Source: Lytechinus pictus (taxonomy: Eukaryota). From it: a DNA stretch of 64,000 nucleotides. Below, piece after piece: positions 39,583 through 54,314 of the stretch. The stretch is taken from contig NC_087246.1 in assembly GCF_037042905.1 (NCBI RefSeq), forward strand, positions 6,884,001-6,948,000, read 5' to 3'. The stretch's first letter is position 1, and each line of letters starts with the position of its first letter. The notes below the pieces were generated by a model, which saw only the letters and a program-made list of their open reading frames with translations, ran no database searches and was not told where the DNA came from. A program made the translations under genes and the position numbers.

Positions 39583-39937
39583 GTTTGGTGGCAGGTGGTT
39601 GGGTTCATTTGAATGTTTTTATCTGTACAGGTCTCATATCCTATGGATTCTCTCACATGCAAAGCTGTAACAATACAATTATCATATTTTTTGCTATAGG
39701 TCTAAACTCTCGCCCATATTACAAGCATTGCGTTCGCCCGAACCTGACTTTATCCTTTTTCAAACTTAAATTTTTGGTGAATTCCCCTAAAGTACATGTC
39801 ACTATTCCAATTAGAAAATGTGCCCCAATACAGTGATAGTGTGAAGGATATAAACTGAAAGTGTGTATTATTTGATGAATTCACAGATTTTAGATAAAAA
39901 TATAAACTCGATTAAAATCAAACATCTGTGTATTTGT

Positions 39938-40063
39938 ATATCATTATAAAAAACCTCCTTCCTAAACATAGAATTGGCTGCATTTCAAATGTCTGCGTAG
40001 TTATATCTCATTTTATAAAACCCGCTCCCTAAGCATGGAATTGGCTGCATTTTTAAATCTCTG
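39938..40063. repeat. Diverged tandem duplication, about 67-bp unit x2
   Basis: gaattggctgcattt at 39971 and 40038 with similar flanks. Confidence 0.75.
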
Positions 40064-43000
40064 TCAGTATAGTTTCTAATATTCAATTTCTAAATCTCTT
40101 AAGTAATTGCTCAAAGGGCTAATTTAATTGAAAATAAAAACATTGTCAAGAGAGGGCACTAGATGCCAAATTGAAACTCTAACACCTGAAAAAAATGCCA
40201 AAATTATTTTCTAACCACTGAGATCATATTCAGTAACTGCGACACTCTAGTCTAATTGAACTCTTTACCAAAGTTGTAGACAGCATAAATGCATAATTTC
40301 TGACTGTTACAAACTATAGAAACATGAGTGGTGTTTAGAAATGCTGCATATCATGTTTAAATGCATTACAGTGTATGATATTGTATGTGATAAGTGGTAT
40401 ATATTATAATACTGCACTGATGTTAATGCGAGATAAGGACATTTCTTTATCTTGCCGTACCATCATCTTCCAGTTGCAATATGCTCATTGAAATAATTCA
40501 TGAGGTAGTATTTGATGATTCATAGAATATCTATTGGCTTTATCAACATGCAAGATATTGGGACAGCATGCAATACATAACACAGCCTTTTTGTAATGAA
40601 TGAGTTATTGCATAGATTTAGCACTGAGAACACAAATCTGTTCTTATTCATTGTGCTGTTTGAATCCTTCTAAATCCCACAAACTGAAATCTCCTGTAGC
40701 TGTAAAAAATAAAACAAGAGGAAATTATAGAAATCCCCAACATGGTATTCAAAACTTACCCTAGCTTCCTTTGAAAGCTATAAAAGAAATCCTTTCTCAA
40801 TAATTCAGCAGCATTTCCCTCCTTTCCTTTCTGTTTGTAAGGTGTATTGATGAATGTATTTGATATTTTGTCAGCAGGGGTATTATCATATATAATATAG
40901 GAGTTGTGCTTTATGAGTTTGAATCGGGTGATATTATTCATAATCCTTTGGATTTCAAGCCAGCTTACTGTAGAGTAATGAGGTTTCACTCGGCCTTAAG
41001 AGTGCTGCATGCAGATATTTTCCATCCCCCCCCTTTTTTTTTTTTGGGGGGGGGGTCTCCAGGGATCTGTTTTTTCTTTCATCGTCCATGAAGGATTTTT
41101 CTCTCCTGCTGGGAATTTAGAGAATTAGGGATAAATCAGGGCAGTTGCACTCGTGGCGTAAATTATGCATAAGTTTTGATACTGGGTTGTCTTCGCCTGT
41201 GCGTAGTGCAATTTAAGCGCATGCACGATCGCGTTTCTTATTTGGGTCTGCCGTGTGGTCACCGCACCTGCAGAGTGCATCCTTTGATGTCTGACAAAAA
41301 GAAAAGAGCAAAAGAGGGAAGAGAGAGGGAAATGATTTTCTGTTATGGGATGCATCTCCCTTGAATAATTCAGTGCGGCTGAAAAATTGATGGCAAGATG
41401 CGGCTGGAGTTGCATCAGTATGCAAGCGTGGCGAAAGGCACGAAATAGCCCTCTCACTGGAGATCGTTAAGCAATTTACAGCACAAGTGGTGCTACTGAG
41501 AAGGGAAGAAACAAGCAAAAGGTTATCTATAGATTTTTTTGCGAGGCGAGAACTATTTTTCTGTGAAGCTGCTGCTGGCGGGTGATTAAGCCCTCTCGGT
41601 ACTCCTGCACCAGAGGGCTTTAGAGCCTGCTCTTGAATTCTGGGCACGCCTCCGTGCTTATGAGTGTGAAGAGGAAGGAAAGAGAGTGAAGAAGGGCCCT
41701 TGGAGTGCCTCTCTCCCGTCTCCATACCCCTACCACTGTCCCTCAAGATGGGTACCTGGGTAGGGGTTTTTTAACGATCAGGTTACGGGGTATTTCTAAG
41801 GTATTCTTACACCTGGTATAGTCTACTGACATCCATCCATCTATAATCCATACCCTGCCTGGCACAGCAATGACGACAACTACGTTTGGATTGGGGTCCT
41901 TTTGTTTTGAGCTTGCGCTGCGGCCACTTGAAGGCAGGACTGATGAGAGGTGCTTGAGTGGTTGTACATACAATATTCACTATGTGAGTTCTCTTCTCAC
42001 CCTCTTCATACTGGCAATCGTGTGCCCCTGCTCCATTACTGCTGTTTGCTCATTCAGCTCCGGTTTGAATTGCCAAGTGCTCGCAATCGGGGCTGCCCCC
42101 GTCGTGACCGAGTGTAAGCTGTTAAAAAAAGGGGGTAGAAAGAGCGCGGGGGGCGACGGGTACTCATGGTGGATCTCAAGAGCAGCACCGAGTCGGCTCT
42201 CTAAGACAAGTGTCACCGTGGCGATTATTAGAAACCTGCATATTCATGATCTCTTACCAGATTCATAATTGCTCTAGGGATGGCTGGATGAAATCGACTC
42301 AGTAACGACCGAAGAGCGCAAGCTGAACAGCTGCTCAAACAAGGCAGCTTCCATACTGCTTTCATTCCTACTTAGCCCTGTATATGCAATGCTGGAGAGA
42401 ATACAACCCTGTAGATAACACTATATACCATGACCACTTGAAGGGTTTGCAAGGGGAGACTAGGCACTCGCAAAGCTCAAAAGCCTTACTTCAAACTACA
42501 GTTCACAAGTCCACAACCACTTTTAGTTTCTTCTTGAGGAGATACAGCTTCTTCCTATCACAATTGATGTTTTTTAATATAAAAAATAATCCATTCTAAC
42601 TTTGATATCGCACTGACCCATAAATGGAGATTGGACAGAAAGTTTACATGTTTTACTTGTAATCATTGTAATCATTTTCTATGAGACATATTGTCAGATT
42701 CATATCCTATACATATTCCCTTGCTACCTGCCAGAAGACATAAATTTAATTTGTAAATGGTGAAATAAATTTTTTTGAAGCTGATCATTTCTACCCTTTC
42801 TGGTTGTCATGTTTCTGTCATATATCTGTGGCATTCTGCAGAGGAATACTTGATAGATGAAAGAAAATATTAAATATTCACATAATCATTCATGTCAAAA
42901 GACATGAATTAGATTACATTCAGAACTTTACTTGAGATGCTTTCATCTTCTAAGCAAAACCTAATATTCTAAGTCTAATTGAAAGTCATGCTTATATTAC

Positions 43001-46000
43001 TTTTATAAAAAGTACAAGTAATGTATTTTTAAAGGTAAATCATTAAAGTCATTCTGTGGTTTAAAGATGCAAAATCTCAACAACACAAAATAGAATAGTA
43101 ACAAAATTAAATTTCAAGAGGGTGAAACCAGAAAGGAAATGCCCTTATGAGACCAATCAAGGAAAATATAAGAATGTAATTTATATTTTAAAGGTGTGTA
43201 AATCAGGTGTAATGATATATCACAAAATAGAATGCAAAAGTTATTTTTCATAGTTGCTTCAACTGGAGGCTTGTACTATAGAATTGCAATCAGATTTACT
43301 TAACCTGTACTGATGAATCTTATTTTGTACTAGAACCCATTTAAGATGATTGATTAATAAATCACCATAAATCACCATAATGGCTGGATTTGCTTTATTT
43401 GAGTGGGTACTTTCATAATTTTAATTATATGAAACAGAGAAAATGGATGCATTTACATGGCATACATGAATGAAATGTTATGAAATGTGATGCTTCAAGC
43501 CCCACTTAAGAATAACTAATTAATAATCAACCATTTAAATCTATTTCAACTCTACTCTAAACCTATTATATTTTAAAACTAATTATCTCTCAAAACATGT
43601 ACACAAAAGTTATGGATTTATTCAATAGTAGTTAATTATTGTGAAGGAGTTTCAAGAGGTATTTTTATTTGAAGTGCAGAATTAAAGTAATTATGCTTAT
43701 CATTTACTATGGCAATAAATGTTAAACTAGGTTGTGTTTTAGATTGTATTCTGCAAAGTACTTGAGTATTAGTATTTTTATTACACTGTGTTGAGGGCAG
43801 TTCTTATTCAGCATAATGCAGTCATCTAAAATATATTTTGTTGTATGTAAGGATCTCTGCATGTTATTGAGTATGAAGCATGTGAGAATAGAATATTGAA
43901 GAATATATCACATTCCAATGTGTATTGACCCTCAAGCAAAAATTTCATGCCAGCCATACTCAGGGTTCAATTTTTGTTGTATAAAAGAAAGATCGATAGA
44001 TCCATCTTCTCAGTGTCAAGGATAAAGGATTGGCTACTTGGTTTCATGATTTAATGGAAAAAAATTGTTATTTAAGGGATGCAGTGCACTTAGCAAAGGT
44101 TAAAGAAATGGACAGTTCCTGATCAAAGATCTTTCGGTTATTTCGTATATGGATTAAGGTTTGTATATGATCAAGACAGGGTTCTGTTAACACCTTTTTA
44201 TTGTTGCTCTGCGAATGCAAGTTTTGAAAGTAATAATTGTTATTCAGAGAATACCAGGTGAATGAATACTGTACCTGCATGTATTTTTAGATTACTTCAT
44301 CACAATAGTGCAAATATGCACTAGGTTTGATGGTATACATTGTTGGCTTACCATAAGTGGTCTGTGGGGGAACAAAAGGGGTGGAAAAGATGTGTCTCAA
44401 GTGTTGGTTCAGCAAACTTTGAGTTGATTGGTCTACAAACAATACATGAGAGTTCTAATGACAGTACTAATAAGATGCCAGCTATGTCTGTGGACACCAC
44501 CCCCTTTCAACCTTACTAACTCTTCAATCAACTCTGAAGTGGAGGATTCTTTATAGTTTAAACCTTAATGTGGTTCACACCCATCAGTTATATCCTACCT
44601 GTCTCTAAACCTTTTGAGGAGTGTTGAGGTGGTTTGAGAGAATGAGCTATGTTTTTCTAAAATATGATATCAGAGCAAGTGAACATCTAGAACATGTGAA
44701 GAGTAATCCTTGACTTCTTCCCAACTTTGTGCCATGTTGACTACACTGAGAAAGTTGTGAACCCTGTAAGCCTCATTTCTTCAGATCCCCCAAACAACAA
44801 ATAAAGAAATTAGAGGCACTTTGACGATAAAGAAACCCTGAATACCAGCTCCCCATTATAGTCTACATGTTAGTGGAGTTTGAAGATCAGGCTGAATGGA
44901 AGCATCATTTGTACAGCAGTTTGTCTTGCAGTTTGTCTAGATACTACATTCCACCCTCCCACACAGTTCCCTTCTTTACACTTTCCCCAGATGCCCTGCT
45001 GATGTTTTCTCCCCTATTTCAAGTGACTGCGACTAAACAGCGTCAATGGGCCTTCGAAGCCCCTACTGTTGACTCGATTACAATGGCCCAGCTTCCCGGA
45101 GTATTATGTCTATTTAAGCGAAAGGTTGACATCATAGAGAGGGTAAACATGTCTTACTGAGAACTGTGATCTTTAATTTAGCACGGTTTGCCAATACTTC
45201 TTTCATTCTTTGCATGTAGATTTTCTTTTGATATGGACAAGAACAGGACACATTTATACAATGCCTCTAAGGGTATTGAGCGACAGCCCTATTCTCTGAT
45301 TCTCCCTCGTTCCCTGATCAATCTTTCTTTTCTCTGTCATTCTTATTTCCTGGTAAAAGTTCAAATATTTGTACCTGTCGCTGAACAAACGTGTACCAGA
45401 CGTGGCACAGAGTAGTTCAAATCTTTACATAGAAAATAAGAAGGCTTCATTTAAACCCCAGTCACAGAGTCACAGTACATAAACTTAAAAAAAAAATTGC
45501 ACACTAGTTGGTAGCAATGCTTGGTAGGTATTCAGATTCAATTTTCTTCTTTCCTTACGTCTATCCATTCTTGTAAATCATAGCGGTTCCATATCGTCCT
45601 TTATATTTTCATTGTTGGCTGTCACCATGTCATTTCTTAGTCCTGTCCTCTCATCCTTATGTCTTTAACTTTTATCTCTCTTGTAAAACCTGCAGCACTT
45701 AACTCATTGACACGTCTTACATCGGTATAGGTCCTCTACCCCTAAAACAGCTGCTCAAATAAGCGAATTGTCAGGGAACTCACTCCTCAATTTACTCCTG
45801 TTTATTTTTGGTACGGCGTGTGTAGGAGGAGAATGCAGAGCGATGCTGCCCCACGTATGCAAGCAAGCAAAGAAGCTTGTCAAATTTAGGAAAGAGGGAC
45901 TTTTCAAGATTTGAACAGATGACTTGAGAAGGAAATTGGCCCCATCATTCAATGTGTCTTGTCTGCTCTTGAGAGCGATTGAGTGATATCATGGAAGGCT

Positions 46001-46373
46001 TCTTCTACCATTGAAAATGGTTCCTTGTTAGCGGCCATTTTACCATTATGGAAGGGAATGTTTCATAGCTCTTTTGACCAGTCTATTTGTATGATATAGC
46101 GTAACATTCATGTTGACTGTGTTGAGGAAGTGTCTATTTATCATTCATTAATTTAAAATTTCCATAAATTGACTACTCTCCTCAAACTTCCTTGCATGTC
46201 TTGCTGTTACCCCCAAATCAGCAAAATGTGATGTTCTTCCAAATTAATTCATAAACCGAACTCTGAATATAGGCCCTACTGCGTTTGTATAGACCATTTT
46301 TTATCGGGGGGGGGGGGGGATGATGGGACATAGAGACTTTGAAAAAAAAAAATTCTGTCAACAACTACACAAT

Positions 46374-47030
46374 TTTGTCGGCGGTCATCCGAACTGTCGT
46401 ATCACACACACACGACGGTGCAAACCCATTTCAGAGAAATTGACTTCAAAGTTTACTATAATTTTCACACTTAGTTCCCCAGCCTTACAAAATATTCATT
46501 GCTAGAAAAATACATGGTTGGAAAGACCAAGAAGATTGCTTGACATTGGCATCTTTATTTTTACATAAAACCAAGGATCCGAGAAAGTATGGCAAAAGAG
46601 CTTCATGTTTGTAATTTCGGTTTGAGCAGCTTAGATTTTACCTGTACAAAAACGCCATAGGAAAAAAGCGATACGACGTTTTGACTGACCACGATTTCAA
46701 TGTGCGCGATCATTCAAAGCATATCGCTTTTCACGTGCAAAGTCAATGCAGTGCCCAGTGCCGAGCAGACAATTGTTTGGCTGACCGCGCGCATTGAAAT
46801 CGCGGTCAGTCAATACGTATCGCTCTGTTACAGTACACGTTTCTAATGGGATTTGCACATTTTATTAAAATTTGTTTGGCATCGCCGTGAAAATCCTCTC
46901 ATATCTCAGAAAATAAAATAAATTGCTGCCTAGAAATATAGTTATGAATAGAGTAGGACTTTCGTTTTCTGCAAAAATCTCAAAATCAATTTTTTGACCA
47001 AAATTGACGGTTCGGATGACCACCGACGAT
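46374..47030 (+). mobile_element. MITE family B, full-length copy
   Basis: TIRs gtcggcggtcatccgaactgtc / gacggttcggatgaccaccgac (2 mismatches in 22). Homologous to 12529-13154 and 54315-54932. Confidence 0.9.
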
Positions 47031-49732
47031 GTGTTTGTCACCAGAATGTTATAAAAAAATGTTAAAGATGCTAAATGGCATACATTTTTGTATTGTAATA
47101 CTGTTGAGGGACTCCTTGTAGTGTAAATGTCTTACTTTCTTTTACTTATTGAATGACCATGGATATATTTTAGTTTATTGACCTCACTGGATTAACCCTT
47201 CTTTTTACCTTCATGGTAAGCTTTCAGTCACCTCCATTGCAAGGATGACAAGGAGGGTGAAAAGCTAAGTTTGTAAGCCAAATGTTGTGACCTGAATTAA
47301 CCCGCTTGTCTTTCATTGCCGGTAATGAGGAGTGGAGAAAAGCCTTCCTGTTATCTGTTATGTTAGGGCAGTGAGGTAGGCAGCTGCGCTGGTGAGCCAG
47401 GAATATCAGGTAGGGACCGACTGGTTTTTCTGTCATCAGGATAGGTCTCGGATACTAGATCATGTCAGGGGATCAGTTGCAGTGTTTGGATTATGCTAAA
47501 TATGTTCACCAGAAGAAAACAAATGAAGGATAGAAATAGCAACATTAATGTTAAAGGGGTACAAAGCATGGGAAGTGATGTTGGAGAAAGGAAAGTGCAT
47601 AATGGTTCATGAATGGCCCGTAATGTCACTGATGACAAAGTATATGACAGGCACCTGGTTACAAACTTGAAATGGAGATGTAAAGCTATTGTGAAATAAT
47701 CATGATCACAAGTACAACTTTTATTTTAGCCTTACACCAGAATGTCCTATGATATCTCTTCAGAACATTGAATAGATGTAAATCATGTGGGTGAATGCTA
47801 GACAGTCATTGCTTGATGGACCATGGTAGTAATTTCTTTAGTGCATCAAATTACAAGAGACATCACATAATCAAGTTTCAGTTTCCAATTCAGTCATGTT
47901 TTTTATTTCGTTTTCTCTTCTCTATGTGCAAAATAATGCTAGAGAGAGAAGGTGGATAAGTGAAGACATGCTACAAATATATATTTTTTTGTTCATTTTA
48001 TTTTACTTCAGATGTCTCCTGAAGAAAAATATTTATGTCAGCTTATATTTTACTTGACATGGCAGGTTGTTTTAACTTTCATCTTCATGAAATGTAAAAC
48101 ATTTTGTTTCTTCTACCCCATGTCAACATGATGCAGCAGAGCTTGAACATTAAGGACTGAAAGAAATATTTGATATGGATATGCCCCTCTTGACTGTCTT
48201 TGTTTTGATATGGCTTAGACAAAATATGACATGGTGTCTGTTAGGCAACTCTACTCTTCCATGTTTTTGTTTTTTTGTTTCAAAATGTCATCAGGTTTCA
48301 TATTTCGTTTCAGTAAAAGCAAAAGCACTTGTGCTAGCAAAAAAAAGTTAAAAGAAAAAAAAAAGAACACAATCTTAAATCAAGACAGCGTTTTAGGCAT
48401 TAAGAATGAGGAAGACAAAGGATTTACACACCTTGCCTTATGTTTGATGGGAGAGATGAGAGATGATGGGTTACTATAGAAACGGTTGACCATGAGTCAT
48501 GGATGAGAGCAGGGAGAATTGTAGCCTTTTTAGATTTCAATCTGTGGTCTCAGCTCACTCTATCTTTCTGTGGATCTCAAAGATTCTCTGTTTAGGATTT
48601 CTGTCACCTCATTGTCTTCGTATCTTAGTAGAGTTGAGAGTGGTTGGAGAGAAATTGAGGGTTTTCAGGTCTAAAACATAAACAATGAATTTAAGAGAGA
48701 TCACTTGCTTCTTGTTAGATGTGTCTTTATTGCTCCTTAAGCAGAATAAAGAATATCAGGAAATGCCTTGGTTCAGAGTTACTCTATTGTCTTTTACCAT
48801 GCTATCACAGTTCATGAGTGTAAGTTGGTATATAGTAATGAATCCACTAAAGTATTGGCAAGCCCTTACTTACTAGTATCCTGTTCTTCTACACATATAA
48901 TTTAACATTTTCTTATAAGGTTTCTTGAGTAATCCAGCAACTTGTGAGGTTACTTGTAAAATACATCCAAAGTGACACTGTAAAAGCAATAGCTGTGTGG
49001 GATTTGTTGCCATATGTGTAATTTTCTCCTGAGATTTTGTTAATTTTCCTCTTTTTTTTTGTTTAAAACTTTTCTAAATTTGAACATTTTTTCGGGGGGG
49101 GGGGGGGGGTGGGTCACTGAAATTTTAAGGTAGGATTTTGATGTCAAATTTCTGAATTGGACACTTCACTAACATTTCCTTTGACCAATTAATGAGGCTG
49201 CGAAATGGAAAATGTCAGATTTCATAATTTTAAAATTATTTGTGAATGAAATGAATAGAAATTCAGATATTAGTTTGTTAGTGATTAAATTAGCTTTTGA
49301 AAGATAATTTTTTTGTTAAGGGCTTCCCTTATTTTATCCTGCCCCCTCCTCCACATGCATTAGAGCATAGTTTTTATGTTTTGTAGCTTGCTCATGGCTC
49401 ATTTATTGGTATCATCAAATTCAATTGTGAAAAACAAGGATAACGTCATTTTTCCAGTATCTATCTCTCTTTTTTTTTTATCGTGGTCAGATTTGTATGA
49501 AGTGAAGAGCATTGTTGAATGATCACCTCTCTGTTTCATTGAACTCATTATGTCAATACCCATCATTTACATTTCTTACAATTAATCCTGATTATTCTGT
49601 AATCCCAGGTTGATGCACTAATCTAGTAGTTTCACATTATGAAGACATCTTTGCTTGTTGCTTCTAGAAGATTCCTTCTACCGTTTGGTTGTACAATGAA
49701 ACTTGTGATAGTGATTTGAATTGAAACTGAAA

Positions 49733-49761
49733 AATATATTTATATATATATATATATATAT
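49733..49761. repeat. (TA)n microsatellite
   Basis: atatatatttatatatatatatatatatat. Confidence 0.9.
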
Positions 49762-52569
49762 GTACTCTACCTCTGTATTCCAAGTAACAGTACAAAATTC
49801 CTCTTTTTATGTGACAATAAGTAGTAAAGGCTGCAGTACCAGCCTGATGTTTAACTTGCCATAATTTGTTATGGTTGTTTAGTATTTACTTTACCCAGAT
49901 ATCAAATGTTTGTTGTCTGAATTATATGGTTGCTACTTAGCAAACTGATCTGTTAATGTGGATGTTGTTATCTCCAGAGTTTAGACAGATTATCCTGATG
50001 TATATCAAAGGTAAGGATAAGAGATTTAGTGTGGTATTGTTCAGATAGGAGTTGATGTGTAGTCAGCGAAGTTAAAGAGATTAATATAACTTGAAAATTG
50101 TGTATGATATACCCTACTTTTTTTAACACATCACTATGATAGTGTCAACTTCCTGACAAATGTAATTTTCTAGGAATTTGATAGGAGTGTAGTAATGTTC
50201 TTAAATTATAGAAATTTTGCCACGCAACTAAGACTTAATTCACAGTCTGCATTGCTTATTGAGTGCAAGATATAGTGTTATGATTATATGCAATACTCAT
50301 GAATTTGAATAGATAAGATAATGGACATCTCTATTATGCATTTTTGTGAGTCTTAAAAGCTGATGTGATATGCTGGACACCTATTCCCCAGTATATTTCA
50401 TTTCATATATGATATAGATTGTATCTATGTATTTTGCCTTAACACTTTACCTTGAACTTATCATTCATACCAGACATATCTAGAGTATCTACCATTAAAG
50501 AAAGTATATCCTCTCTCCAGGATCATATATTTGTATTTTCTTTCTCATTTATCTTGGCTCTATCTCTATTTTGGAATACATCATATCCAAACCACTGCAT
50601 TGGTTTACCATTTACCATCTTGATAAGATGTCGACATACCGCAGAGAAAGTGGTATATGGTCGCAGGAAGCATCTCCTTTCCCCCCGTAGCGCTCAGCTG
50701 GAAATTAACCAAGACAGTTCTAATGTGCCTGTCCTAGCCTGACCTAAATCCCCCAAATTTTCCTTGGAATGAATGCTGTTTGCTGAAGTAATTTTGTTTT
50801 TGGTAGGGAGGATAAATGCAATTTGTTTATGCCATTGTAATACAGTCTTCCTCTTTCGAATTTTGAGAGGATGAAGGGTAAGCCCATATCTTGGAGAATT
50901 TGGAAGAGACTTGAATTGTAGGAAGAAGAAATGCGTCTAATTATATTGAGCTTAATCATAGAGGCATTAAGCAATATGTCTCAAACAAGCTCATATAGCA
51001 CTAGCTAGATCTGGTTGAGCCAGTAAATTTTGCTAAGGGGTTGTGGCCGGATGAGAAATTAATAAAACAACTTGCCCAAATTTGGCAGATTAATAAATGT
51101 CAGATTTGATTTGATCCAATTCATGAGACAAATTTATGGAAAATGGTTATTCTGGTAAGGAAAATCAAAGCTCCCTATTCAATATTTTTTACTTAATCAG
51201 AAGGAAAGAGTCTTGTTTAGGTTATATGCTAGGCCTCCAATTTGGTCTTGTTATAGTAAGTGGTTTCACGTTTTAACCCAGTCGTACGTTTGCGCTTGAT
51301 TTACTGGAGAATTGCGGTTAAGCAATTGGTAATAATACTATATGGGGAGGGAAATTGGCTCCTTTTCTTCCTTCAAAGAAGAATGCATGCATTGCTTTTG
51401 GTAGGGTATTTGGGAGGTAATAAGATAAAATCACCCAGTATATCTGTAATATACCCCCAGGAAATTGAGCAGATTGGAGATTATTGAAGCAAACTCAGAA
51501 CCTTACACTGTACCTACGTATGGCTCTGTGCTTGGGAGCCAGAAACGTGTTGTACATTTGGGATTTTCCCCCTTGCTTTTGCTTTTTTTTATTCTCTCTT
51601 ATTTTGGGAATTAATTATATGGCATTATACTGGCATAAAAGACGTTTGAATAAAATGACGTGCCAATAATCAATGAAATGGTCGGCAGATTTGGAGCTGT
51701 ATTCGCAACTTAACACTTTTTTCTAGATAAAGACTATGTCTGTCTGCTGTGAAGCAATGATGGATGGATTGCAACGATGTTGATGTTTACTTTTTCAAAA
51801 CTTCGAAGTTTGCCTTTCAACTGTATGACAAGTGATGGCAGGGAAATGAAACAAGTTTTAAAGCAAAGCTTTCTATTTCTGTCGAAGAATGGACCTATTT
51901 TGTATGGATGCTAGAAACATTTTTTATTCCATTTCTTTCTTCACACAGAATGATATTTATGTGAATTTTAGTTTCAGATCAGTTTAAAACTGAAGTGTGC
52001 AAATAATTATCACTGCCCTGCCATTGAACACGCTCAAAGCTTAAGTTAATTATTTTCTTGGACTTGTTATAATTACAGTCATTAAAAATTTTGTGTGGAA
52101 ATCCCAGCAAGACAAAGGCCAGTTGATGATCCGCTTGAAGATCCGAACCATCCTTGAGAAAAGTGGTTATGTCTGGTTAACTGTTAAAAAGCCTGGTAAT
52201 TTTACCCACTTATCTTACCCGCAAACACGTGCTTGTCAACCAAAAGATCCTGTCATGCAAAAAGATGATTTACGGGTTTAATGATCGCTTTATGAGTACT
52301 TGTCCATATTGTCAGCTGTTGTTCTAATGCAAATTGAGACTGGGGATCCTGATTGCCTTCTTTGTTGGTGATACAAAACTTAAGAGTCCTCAAGATCTCA
52401 AGTACTGAAACCTATTCCTGATCTTCACTTTTGAGAGCAAAATGAAGTAGTCCCAGGTCTACGAGTTGATAAATCCATGTTAGATTTCATCCTTTGTCCT
52501 GATTGTGGAAATATAAGTTTTGTAAGGCCATATTGGTTGATGTGAAGGACATAATTCAGCACTCTGGAC

Positions 52570-53618
52570 CCGGGGGAGGGGGGGGGGGTACTCAAATTAT
52601 AACATGATACCTATGTGCCGTGCCAAAGTTGGGGGTTGGGGCTCTGGAACTAAATGGGGGTCTCCGGAACAGCTCTTGGATCATAGATTACTAAAAATGC
52701 AATGCTCTGGAACTGACTGTTTAAAGGTCAAGTCCACCTCAGAAAAATGTTGATTTGAATGAATAGAGAAAAATCAGACAAGCACAATGCTGAAAATTTC
52801 ATCAAAATCGGATGTAAAATAAGAAAGTTATGACATTTCAAAGTTTCGCTTATTTTTAACAAAATAGTTATATGAACGAGCCAGTTACATCCAGATAAGA
52901 GAGTCGATGATGTCACTCACTCACTATTTCTTTTGTTTTTTATTGTTTGAATAATACAAAATTTCAATTTTTATGAATTTGATGATTAGGACCTCCTTGC
53001 CTGAAGAACAAAATGTTAAAATAATGGAATTCCACGTGTTCAGGGAGGAATGAAACTTCATTTCACATGGCAATGACGAGAAAATAAAAATATTTCATAT
53101 TTCATATAATGAAATACAAAAGAAATAGTGAGTGAGTGACGTCATCGACTCTCTCATCTGGATGTAACTGGCTCGTTCATATAACTATTTTGTTAAAAAT
53201 AAGCGAAAGTTTAAAATGTCATAACTTTCTTATTTTACATCCGATTTTGATGAAATTTTCAGTGTTATGCTTGTTGAATTTTTCTCTTTTTATTCAAATC
53301 AAGTTTTTGTTGGGGTGGACTTGTCCTTTAAAAAAAAGGGGGTCTCTGGAACTCATTAGATCATAGGATAATTGGTAACAGCTATGTAAAAAACGTGCGC
53401 CTGACTTACTTGATACATATCGGGCTAGCTGAGTAGTTCATGGTGGGCGTGCACTGGAATGAGAAATCACAAATTTGAGGGTCTCTAGAACGGGAAAATA
53501 TGGGAATTTCTATGGCTTTCTGAATTGGTGATGCCCTGGAACGGAAATTTAGGCTGAAAATGGGGGCTCCAACCGCGGCAAATATGTATCATACATTGTA
53601 CTAAGTACCCTCCCCAGG
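52570..53618. mobile_element. hAT-like MITE with 8-bp TSD, hosting a nested Kolobok MITE
   Basis: ctctggac|ccggggg...gtact ... agtaccctccccagg|ctctgaac (TSD 7/8 identical). The gggtctctggaac motif is repeated on both sides of the nested element. Confidence 0.8.
52725..53327. mobile_element. Kolobok/T2-type fold-back MITE with TTAA TSD
   Basis: ttaa|aggtcaagtccacc ... ggtggacttgtcct|ttaa. Near-perfect inverted arms of about 215 bp, reflected in near-identical ORFs on opposite strands. Confidence 0.95.
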
Positions 53619-54314
53619 CTCTGAACCAACCAAACCTTTTATTCTGGGCCTGCCTCCTGGACAGTTATCAGAGTTCATAAGTTAGTTTCAGATTACAAGT
53701 CTTGCTACAAAAAAATTATCAAATGATGATGATTATCAGTGTTTACCACCAATATCATTCTTACCAACAAAAGATTGGAAAATTAGTGGATTGTTGAATT
53801 AGTGAATTGTAAGTTAGATTATTTAAATCAAGTATGAAATTTATGGCTAGTTTCACTATTTTTTAGAAATGTTCCAATATTCCCTTTTGACTTCTGAGCC
53901 TGGAAACCTTTCAAATACTATTTATTAGTTGGAATTTTAAAGGGACAAATTATTAGGCCATCTTGTCATAAAGAAATAGGGAAACCATTCAAGATTGTAA
54001 ATTAGTGCAGGATTTAATCATAGTAGGTCTTCACATAAACTAGGGATTCCCATTATTATTTGAAGTTGAATGCACCAAAAGTATTCTTCAGGGATAACAG
54101 TATCGATTCAAACATGGATGTTTTTTGTTATAACTTTTTCTTGTAAAGCTGAGGAAGTAGTTTTGTGGAGAAAGTTTATAAGGTGAAGCATTGCAGAAGG
54201 CAGCTATTTCACGTGATTTTATTTCAACAATGACAATTCATTCTTTTATAAATAAACATTAATTTCTGTTTGAAGCCAAGCAGTTTTGCTAATTCACTTT
54301 CAAGAAGCAGTTAT

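Noticed and set aside
48012..48065. 54-nt open exon candidate (MSPEEKYLCQ...) as the next host-gene exon
   Set aside because: Weak donor (gttgtt), AT-rich composition and no convincing similarity to the expected following AUTS2 exon.
52728..53366. Two near-identical ORFs on opposite strands
   Set aside because: Mirror images from the inverted arms of the fold-back MITE.
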